Source: a virus
Lineage: Duplodnaviria > Caudoviricetes
Length of the DNA: 64,000 nt
Direction: 5' to 3' (one strand)
Virus record (IMG/VR): IMGVR_UViG_3300028797_002668
Location: 71,186 to 135,185 of that record
Shown here: piece after piece, positions 18,705-26,800 of the stretch
Position numbering within the stretch: position 1 is the stretch's first letter
Layout of the letters: each line of letters opens with the position of its first letter
Made by a program: the position numbers and the translations under genes
The notes under the pieces: model-generated
The model's input: the letters and a program-made list of their open reading frames with translations, nothing else
Database searches by the model: none
What the model was told of the DNA's origin: nothing

Positions 18705-20261
18705 TTAACCTAGATCGAATAGTTGTTCGCGTTCCTTGGTAGAGATGAAGTATCCAGTAGCCTTGTTCGGACCGGCGACCGATTTCACCAAGTACATTCC
18801 ATTGAGAAGCGGCTTAGGCGTAACCTTGAGAAGTTCCTTCGGTTCATCTCGCGGTGTAAGGATATAGTAGGGCAGTATACCGTCGTTCATCTTCACATAG
18901 GTATACAGTATAGCCGCCTTGAACGACATGTTGGATTTTTTCGCCTCTTCGACCGCTTCCGGACCGATGGCGTTGCAGATGTCATCCAAGTTTTCCTTAG
19001 ACATGTAGCGAGTATACTTTTCCATGCCTTGTGGCGACGAGGGTTTATTTATCTGGTAGAACTGTGTCAAGTATGGAATCGGAATTTCGATTTCCGGACC
19101 GTCCATAAAATAGTTCTTGTCTTGGGTTTCGCCACGGAATTTATCGAGTAAGCCTTCGGTCAGTGTCTGTTCGTCGATGGGATTTACTGATTCAGTAATC
19201 TGTGTGGAACGTGTGTTTATTGGGTTGACAAAGACCGTGTTGTTTCCACCATCTAGACTGTTTTGTGCACCGTTGAATAATGCTTCTATATTTTCTCCGC
19301 CAGTTATTTTTAACGGTTTATGTACGATTGGAATGCACTTGGCACGACCGCAGTTCCGAACGCGCTGTATGATGCTTTTCCATCCACCGAACATAGTACG
19401 ATTTCCAAGTGCCTTAGCGATTGGTGTATTCTTTATTTCTTTAACAAACTCTTTGACAAGCGTTTTTAAATAACCAATGTCGTCTGCTGGTTTTAACAAT
19501 TCCTTCACTGTACCGCTAGCGAAGTTAATCATAGGAAATCCAAACCGATTAGACGTACAGAATTCACCCAGAACTGATGGCGGTTGGTTAAATCCTTTTG
19601 GAATTTTTATAACCGGAATTTCTTTTGGCATTACCGTATTGGTTTCTTGATTAATGTTTGCCGTGTTTGCCGTACGGAACGGCAATGTAATCTTGTCTTT
19701 TTGATTACCGTTGTAGTAGTTGGTTAAAGCGCCTACTAGTTTAGTGTCGATGGTTACGTTTTCGTCACCAAACGTTTTTAACTTCTCAGCAATTTGCTTT
19801 ACATGCTTATTCAAAAACTTGATAAGCTTTTGGCCATCTTCGGGATTAGACTTGTAACGTCGTTTGATACCGTCGGCAACTTTAGGAAACTGTAGTTCGA
19901 ATGCACCGATTTCTGGAGCTTGTTGTTCGGTAGATGAAGGTTTGCCAGATGGTTCGCCAGACGGTTTGTCAGACTGTTCGCTAGATGGTTTGCTGGATGG
20001 TTTGTCAGACGGTTCACCAGACGGTTCAGATTGAGTTGAAGTTTGTTGCTTTGAATCATTTTGATCGTCTGACGGATTGATAATATTTCCGTTACCGTCA
20101 CGTAAGGATTCGGTCAGAACCTTGGTATTAGGAACTGATTCGATACCGCCTTCAATTGCGTCGATGATAGACCGCATTCCTTCTACGCTGACAGCGTCGA
20201 TTTCCGGTTCATTGTCATCAAAATCGTCATTGAGGTCGGTATTGAACATATACTCCAACAT
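18705..20261 (-). CDS. Putative internal head protein; paralogue of 20339..22228
   Basis: Late motif at 20286-20293; LTES/ITES/LTEG motifs; shared C-terminal domain. Confidence 0.6.
   Translation of the reverse strand: MLEYMFNTDLNDDFDDNEPEIDAVSVEGMRSIIDAIEGGIESVPNTKVLTESLRDGNGNIINPSDDQNDSKQQTSTQSEPSGEPSDKPSSKPSSEQSDKPSGEPSGKPSSTEQQAPEIGAFELQFPKVADGIKRRYKSNPEDGQKLIKFLNKHVKQIAEKLKTFGDENVTIDTKLVGALTNYYNGNQKDKITLPFRTANTANINQETNTVMPKEIPVIKIPKGFNQPPSVLGEFCTSNRFGFPMINFASGTVKELLKPADDIGYLKTLVKEFVKEIKNTPIAKALGNRTMFGGWKSIIQRVRNCGRAKCIPIVHKPLKITGGENIEALFNGAQNSLDGGNNTVFVNPINTRSTQITESVNPIDEQTLTEGLLDKFRGETQDKNYFMDGPEIEIPIPYLTQFYQINKPSSPQGMEKYTRYMSKENLDDICNAIGPEAVEEAKKSNMSFKAAILYTYVKMNDGILPYYILTPRDEPKELLKVTPKPLLNGMYLVKSVAGPNKATGYFISTKEREQLFDLG
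19938..20029 (-). repeat. 12-bp tandem repeat encoding SEPSGEPSDKPSSKPSSEQSDKPSGEPSGKPS
   Basis: About 7-8 degenerate units visible in DNA and protein. Confidence 0.75.
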
Positions 20262-20285
20262 ATGAAAGCCTACTACTTTTACTGC

Positions 20286-20293
20286 AGTTTATA
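20286..20293 (-). promoter_or_regulatory. Putative late promoter TATAAACT
   Basis: 25 bp upstream of ATG 20261. Confidence 0.7.
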
Positions 20294-20338
20294 TAGTTAT
20301 TGCTAATTGAAAAGCCTTGCTCGTCGCAAGGCTTGATT

Positions 20339-22228
20339 TTAGTTGATGTCGGAGTAGAGGCTTTTTGCCGACTTCTTGTCTATCAAGAAGCAACCTCTCT
20401 TACCTTTGAAGATTGTCTTGAGCATAATGCAACGAGTTCCGCCGAACAGTGCCGAGAACAAAGAACCCGGAGAAACGTCAGTACGACTGAACTTAGCCTG
20501 TTTGGGGATGAGGAGATAGAACGGACTACGTCCTCCGTTATCGAGAATTTCTTCATAAAATTCTTGCATGGACAATCCATCGGTAAACTTTGCATAAGTT
20601 TTGAACGCTTTTGTATAGTCAAGCACGTCGTAGAAGTTTTCCAAGAATTCCCTTGGGACGTCAACGCTAGGCTGATATGCTGGGTCTACGCTGAAATACA
20701 TGATAGGCGTTACGGTTACCGTATCGGCGTTTTCATCCAAGATGTCAGCATCAACCTTCAGAAAGTTCGGTACACAGCGGGTACCTGGGTCGTTGGCGAA
20801 TTTCTTGAATAGTTCGAGCGGAGCACCGTAGATAGCTTTCCAGATTCCACCGTAGCGTTTCTTGGCTTCCTTAAGCATCTTTTTGATGTGCTTGAAGGTA
20901 CGCTTCTTGTCATCTAAGTCCTTTGTCTTGAACAAGTGCTGGATAGCCTCGCTGCTGAAGTTTAGGAACGGGTATCCGAAGTCTGTTATAACTGGGGTGT
21001 TCCAAATCGCAGTGCTTACCGAATGTCTAAACCCTTCGGGAAGTCTGAAATGAATAGGAGTACGCCGTGTATTTACAGCTTGAGGGGGATTGTCGTTGTT
21101 TTGCTTCAGTTCGGACGGAATAGGATTTGCTTCGGGTGTTACCGTGGGATCTGGTTCTGGTTCTGGATTAGTATCCGGAATATCCACTGGTTCTATAACA
21201 TGTTTAACGGGTTCTATAGCCGGAGATTTGATTGGTTCAGTGTTGAATACGTTATCCGAATTTACTAGCTCGGAATCTGGTACTAACGAGTCGTCTACTT
21301 TAGTTTGGGTTACAACATTGTTAACATTGTTTTTAGGTTCGTTAACAATGTTTGTAGGTTCGACTTTGCTGTCTGGTTCTTGTGGCGTATCAACCGGATT
21401 GTCAATATCAGTCTTTGGGGTAACATCGTTCGAGTTACCATCCGTATTTACCGGACTGGTTGTTTTCGGGACATCTTCATTTGTAACGGTGTCTTGATTG
21501 ACTTCAGAACTTGGACTAGGTACGGGTTCTTTCAAATTGTCAGCTTGGATGGTCGGTACTTGCGTTTTTTCCTCGGCCGGTGTTTCTGTTTTTTGAACCG
21601 TAGCCGTTTGTTCTGGCGGTACCGTTTCACTGGAATCGGGTTGTTGTTCCGCTGGTATATTGTTGTTATGTTTAGCTTGGTTATCTAATTCATCGCTCCC
21701 AAGATTTTGAGCGGTAATCGTACCTTTAATCGAGTTTAAATGTTGGATAAATACGATTAACGAATCTTTAGTAACCCACGGTTCAATCTGGTAATTATCT
21801 AAAATTTCCGAAAACGTAGAAAAATCGACGGATTTAGAATTTGAAATTTTAGATTGAAACGCCAAGTACAATTTTCGAACTACTTCCAAATCTACATCAT
21901 GTACTGATGAATATGCACAAAGGTAAGATATAGTTGCTGTTATTGCGATAAGTTCTTCGGTATTCGTTAACCAATCCTGCGTATTTTTTTTATTAGATTT
22001 TGAGCTGGTAATCAAGTCAGCAATACTATTTAAAACGCTGGATTTGATATCAGCTTTGGCTCTTTCTGTACTTTTATCGGTTGACGAAACTGAATCGATA
22101 CAAGCATCTACAGCTTTATTGATACCATCACGGATGGCAGCTTCTAATCCGACCTTCGGTTCGGATGACAATGCGTTTTTGATATTATTTAGGTATTTTT
22201 CCTTTTCCGCCGCTGTAATACTTGCCAT
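20339..22228 (-). CDS. Putative internal head protein with a low-complexity linker; paralogue of 18705..20261
   Basis: Late motif at 22257-22264; P/T/N/E-rich linker; shared C-terminal domain. Confidence 0.6.
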   Translation of the reverse strand: MASITAAEKEKYLNNIKNALSSEPKVGLEAAIRDGINKAVDACIDSVSSTDKSTERAKADIKSSVLNSIADLITSSKSNKKNTQDWLTNTEELIAITATISYLCAYSSVHDVDLEVVRKLYLAFQSKISNSKSVDFSTFSEILDNYQIEPWVTKDSLIVFIQHLNSIKGTITAQNLGSDELDNQAKHNNNIPAEQQPDSSETVPPEQTATVQKTETPAEEKTQVPTIQADNLKEPVPSPSSEVNQDTVTNEDVPKTTSPVNTDGNSNDVTPKTDIDNPVDTPQEPDSKVEPTNIVNEPKNNVNNVVTQTKVDDSLVPDSELVNSDNVFNTEPIKSPAIEPVKHVIEPVDIPDTNPEPEPDPTVTPEANPIPSELKQNNDNPPQAVNTRRTPIHFRLPEGFRHSVSTAIWNTPVITDFGYPFLNFSSEAIQHLFKTKDLDDKKRTFKHIKKMLKEAKKRYGGIWKAIYGAPLELFKKFANDPGTRCVPNFLKVDADILDENADTVTVTPIMYFSVDPAYQPSVDVPREFLENFYDVLDYTKAFKTYAKFTDGLSMQEFYEEILDNGGRSPFYLLIPKQAKFSRTDVSPGSLFSALFGGTRCIMLKTIFKGKRGCFLIDKKSAKSLYSDIN

Positions 22229-22256
22229 AACGTACCTAACTTTTTACCTGTACGTC

Positions 22257-22264
22257 AGTTTATA
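22257..22264 (-). promoter_or_regulatory. Putative late promoter TATAAACT at the IS left end
   Basis: 29 bp upstream of ATG 22228. Confidence 0.7.
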
Positions 22265-22265
22265 A

Positions 22266-23773
22266 CATAGCGGCGAGAAAACTCACCCATCTTCAGTGGG
22301 TGAGATGAAAGCCGCTTGACAAATGGGCGGTCGCAAGCTCACGCCCTTCAGGGCGTGGGTAAGACCCGCCGGGTGCAAATGTAAGAAATAAATAACAATT
22401 CAAGGCTATTAAAATAGATATAGTTATTGAGTAAAACTTCTAAACTATAAGTATAGTCAAGAAACTTGATATGGAACTGATAAGAAGCGAAGATACGAAG
22501 GCGAGGATTAAGGCGAGCATGGCTGAGACGCATGCCCGTCGTAAGACGCAGATATGCCGTGTCTTCGAGCTTAAGGTGTCCATACGGCACAATCCCAAAT
22601 CGGTGTTCGAGAAGTTATCCAACTGCTTCAAGGAGGCAAAGTGGGTAATCAACGACATGCTGTCGTTGTCCAAGGACAATCCCGACAACAGCATGTTCGA
22701 TTACAAGTACACCGAGCATAAGGACGTTGTTCACTACGACAAGGACAAGAACCCAGTAACTTCGCCAATCACCTTGCCGTCTGTTCTCCACAGGGCTACT
22801 GTAGCCCAGAAGAAGACCGACATTGTCAACCTTGCCAAGGCCAAGAAGAAGGGTATAAAGGTCGGTGCGCTGAAGTTCAAAAGCGAAGTGAACTGCATTC
22901 CCATCATTACGGGTTTCACGAAGATTTTGGATGCAAGCCATATCACCATTCCTGGTTTCAGGAAATTGAAAGTGAACGGCTTGCATCAGATAGAGTTTGA
23001 GGAATACGAGATAGCGGACGCCAAGCTAATTCGCAAGGCGTCCGGCTACTATGTAAAGCTCACCATTATGTTGCCGAAGGAACCGAGAAACCGCACCCGC
23101 AAGAGTGTCGGCCTGGACTTCGGCATCAAGAACACGATAACGACATCGGACAACAAGACCTACGATTGCAAAGTGCAAGAAACCGAGTACCTGAAGTACC
23201 TATCAAAGATGTTGAATAGGCACAAGAAAGAGAAGGACTCCAAGCGGCGATGGAACTGTAGGAAGCAGCTTGCCCGTGAGCATGAACATGTCGCGAATAT
23301 CCGCAAGGACATCTGCAACAAAATATACCACGACCTTGTGTCCAACTACGATGTCATCTACATACAAGACGAGCAAATCAAGAACTGGCACCAGACGTGG
23401 TTCGGCAAGCAAGTGCAGCATTCTTGCATGGGTGCCCTTAAACAGCGCATTAAGATGCTGGTTAAGGCAGACCGTGCATTCGTGCTGTCCAAGTGGCTGC
23501 CGACAACCAAGATGTGTCCGGTCTGCGGTGCCGTCAATCAGATAGGTTTGGATGAACGCACATATCACTGCGATTGCGGTTATACCAAGCCGAGGGATTG
23601 GCATTCCGCCTGTAATGTACTCTTGTTTGGCACGACTAAACGTGCTGAGTGCGTGGAACACGCCTCCGCTGAGGTAGCCGCCTCTATGCCTCCCGGTTCT
23701 ACTGGGTTAGCACAAGCGGCTCCGTCGAAGCGAAAACTCGAAGCTCACCGCCTTTAGGCGGTGGGTAGTTCAC
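22266..23773 (+). mobile_element. IS200/IS605-family tnpB-only (IS1341-like) element; left boundary approximate
   Basis: Left hairpins 22270-22315 and 22326-22370; right hairpin CTCACCGCC-TTTA-GGCGGTGGG followed by TTCAC (23769-23773); no tnpA in the window. Confidence 0.85.
22471..23757 (+). CDS. tnpB: TnpB RNA-guided endonuclease family protein
   Basis: RuvC-I VGLDFGIK, RuvC-II region IYIQDE, zinc finger CPVCG..CDCG, RuvC-III RDWHSACNV. Confidence 0.92.
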   Translation: MELIRSEDTKARIKASMAETHARRKTQICRVFELKVSIRHNPKSVFEKLSNCFKEAKWVINDMLSLSKDNPDNSMFDYKYTEHKDVVHYDKDKNPVTSPITLPSVLHRATVAQKKTDIVNLAKAKKKGIKVGALKFKSEVNCIPIITGFTKILDASHITIPGFRKLKVNGLHQIEFEEYEIADAKLIRKASGYYVKLTIMLPKEPRNRTRKSVGLDFGIKNTITTSDNKTYDCKVQETEYLKYLSKMLNRHKKEKDSKRRWNCRKQLAREHEHVANIRKDICNKIYHDLVSNYDVIYIQDEQIKNWHQTWFGKQVQHSCMGALKQRIKMLVKADRAFVLSKWLPTTKMCPVCGAVNQIGLDERTYHCDCGYTKPRDWHSACNVLLFGTTKRAECVEHASAEVAASMPPGSTGLAQAAPSKRKLEAHRL

Positions 23774-23793
23774 TGAAAAGCTTATAAACTACG
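23640..23793 (+). ncRNA. Predicted omegaRNA/reRNA: scaffold overlaps the tnpB 3' end; guide about 23774-23793 (TGAAAAGCTTATAAACTACG)
   Basis: Known TnpB architecture plus the visible right-end hairpin and TCAC; 5' boundary is a guess. Confidence 0.6.
23783..23790 (+). promoter_or_regulatory. Putative late promoter TATAAACT
   Basis: 27 bp upstream of ATG 23817. Confidence 0.7.
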
Positions 23794-23816
23794 GTTAAGA
23801 ATTTTGTGGTAGCATT

Positions 23817-26800
23817 ATGATGTCTCGTAATCTAATTGAAAGCGTCGATCCAGGTACAGTTAATGCCTATGCTAAGCAAGCGTATCAGACTATAGACGAT
23901 TTCCTCGGAAGCGGTAAATCTTTAGATGTAAAACGTCCGTTTGCGTATGGCATGATTAGCGCAAACCCGATTGCTGTATCGATTTTAGACGATATTAGAA
24001 AAAGAGTCAATACAATGACGCCGACTAACGAGCAACAGAATACGGACAACGGCATTGATAATAGTCCGTACAGCTCTGGTATTCGTTATACGGCGGAAAA
24101 TAAAGCCTATTATGTTCGAGGCTGTATTTATTTGGTTTCTACCGTTATCCCAAGCTTGGCTAAATATCTGTTTGATAGAGTTCAAGCGTTTAATGATAAG
24201 TCGGTTCCGAACGAAGCCGTTAACTATGCTTATCTAGTTTTTAAGAATAACTATTTGAACGCATCTGGTAGACAGTCAAATAATCCGATGGCTGTCGCAT
24301 CTCAAAAATTTAGTATTGCGTTTATTAGTGCGGCTGAACTCGGTACAAAATCACGTCCTAATACGGCTGTTGAAGATGATACCTCGGCGTCAAGTGCACT
24401 TTTTAACAAATTCGACAATATCGTATATAGACTTAATTCTGCCGCTGATTTTATTAATGCGGTGTTGATGGCAACTGTAGGAACTGACAAGGCGACCGAG
24501 CAACAAGTAAATTTAGCGGCAAACTTGTTGCTTGCTCGTTATATCGCTGAAGATAATGCCATAAAAAATTCCGGAATTCCGGAAATGGGACGGTTCCTTA
24601 ATAATTTCGCCGAGCGCACTAAAAGTAGTTTGTCTAAGACAAAGAATGTAGCTCGGATAGATGATAATGACACTAGCGATAGCATTAATCAGTCTAATGA
24701 TGATAATACATCCGAAAATATAGTACCTAAAAACATTGACATTCCAGAAGATAAAGCTAACCAGCATACTGTTATTTCTGGCCAAACTCGATTCTTCGCG
24801 AACTCTTATATCAAATTGTTTGCGGCAAACTTTGCCGAGCGCCTTTCTATGCAACCTACGGGTTCTATTGATAGTAAGAATCCGCGAGTCACTCAGAATG
24901 ACGTTATGACGGCAATGCGACTTATTTTCAAGAATTGTATTCCACAAGTGAAGCCAGAACAGCTTACTCCGAAACTAGTTGATGTGATAACTGCCGATAC
25001 ATTGGCTAATAACACAGATGACGCTTTGTTTGTTCACCAGAAAATGGCTGAATATGTGTCTACACAACTGTTCGATGACTTGTTGAAGGAATACAAGAGT
25101 GAAAAATATTGCTCGAAAATTATTGATACAGTGCGTTTGATCTATTTAGCGATGACCAATACACCGCCTGATTACTTGGCTGAACCCGTATATGGTTATG
25201 GTGATTACAACGCTAATGACCGTGTTAAAAAGACTGGACAAACCTCGATTGGTGATGAACTTGCAGCATTATTCGTTAATGATGGAACGGATGTCCATAT
25301 TATGAATATGAACGCCAAATCGAAAAATAATGCAGACAATGACAAAAATAAAAAAGAAGACCCTAGGTTAAAAAGGTTGTCTACGATATCGCTTCATGAG
25401 ATCGATTCGATTCCACTTAGTGATATCCGTTCAGTTGCCAAAAACTATCAATCTCCTAAGTTGGTTCTAATCAAGAATACTTGGGGTGTTCTTAATGGAA
25501 TCGTACCAGCGTCTGAAGTCACCGGCGAAGATTTTGAAGATGCGAAAGAAATTAGTCCGCTGGTGACTAATGTTCAAACGCGTCTAGGTGACCAAGACCC
25601 TGCATTCAGTTTGGCTGATCTAAAGAAAAAACAACAGATTGTCAAGTCGAGAATTTACACGGCTGACAACCGTAGAAAATTGAAGAATGCCGGTTTTGCC
25701 ACGGGTAATGAGAGTGGCTCTGATTTGGAAAACCTTGCTAATACGGTTCTTGAAAAGGCCACTACGGTTGCTGACGGAAATAAATATGATGTTTTGCCAG
25801 CAATCACACGTACCGCTGCCATAGCAAAGGCGTTCACAAATGTCGTTAACACTTATATTCGTAGCTGCACTAATATCAAAAGTGACGCGTTAACGAGTAT
25901 CCAGCGTAAGAAGATTTATGAAGCTACACCAACAGCCGAAGCTTTTGTTATCCAAGGTCAAAGTGCGGTTGACTTCGCTGTATATCGTTTCTTGACTTCC
26001 GAAAAGAATCGAGTAGGTAGCGCCACTAATAAAGCTGACCAAGACGCTGTTACTGCGTTGACGCTTGCCATTAAGAATGCCATATTCTTAAGAGACGGAG
26101 AAGGAGAATATGACGACAAAACCACGAACGATTTGCTAAATAAGACTGTTGGCTATTTTGATAGTTTTGCTTCTTGGAATGCACAGGCTCAAAAAGTTAA
26201 ATTGGATATGTCTGATAATGCTATAGTTAACGCTGATAGTGGCCAGATATCCAACATTATTAAGTTGATTGTTAATCCAGAAACTACTAATCGTTGGTCC
26301 GGTTATTTGAAAACAGTTACTAATGAATCAATTGATCAGAAAACCGGAGACCCTATTGTTGACCAAGAAATTGCAAACCGTAATATTTTGATCGACGGCT
26401 GGAATACAATATTTACTGGAAGTGAGTATACGACCGATGACTTGTATACTGTTCAAGACCTTTGCGATGAGTTTGCTAAAGTAAATCGACCGTATGAAAA
26501 GTTCAACGAGTTGTATACCCCTACTCAGCTATTAATTACTTTGAGTGGGGTTGGTGAAGCAAATCAGACTGATATAGAAGCTGATGGAGAAAACCATGAA
26601 TTCGAGTATGATAATGTACCGACTGAGAATTTGACCCAAGCCGCTCCAGTATCAATATTTGATAAGGAAAATCGGAACGCATTGGATTTGAATCAGCTCG
26701 ATGAAAATCTTGATGATAATAGCTTGCAGCAAGTGTATGGCGATGAAGTTGATGAGCAAGACGTTGCTAAAGACCCAATTGGTTCGTTTGATGACGTTAT

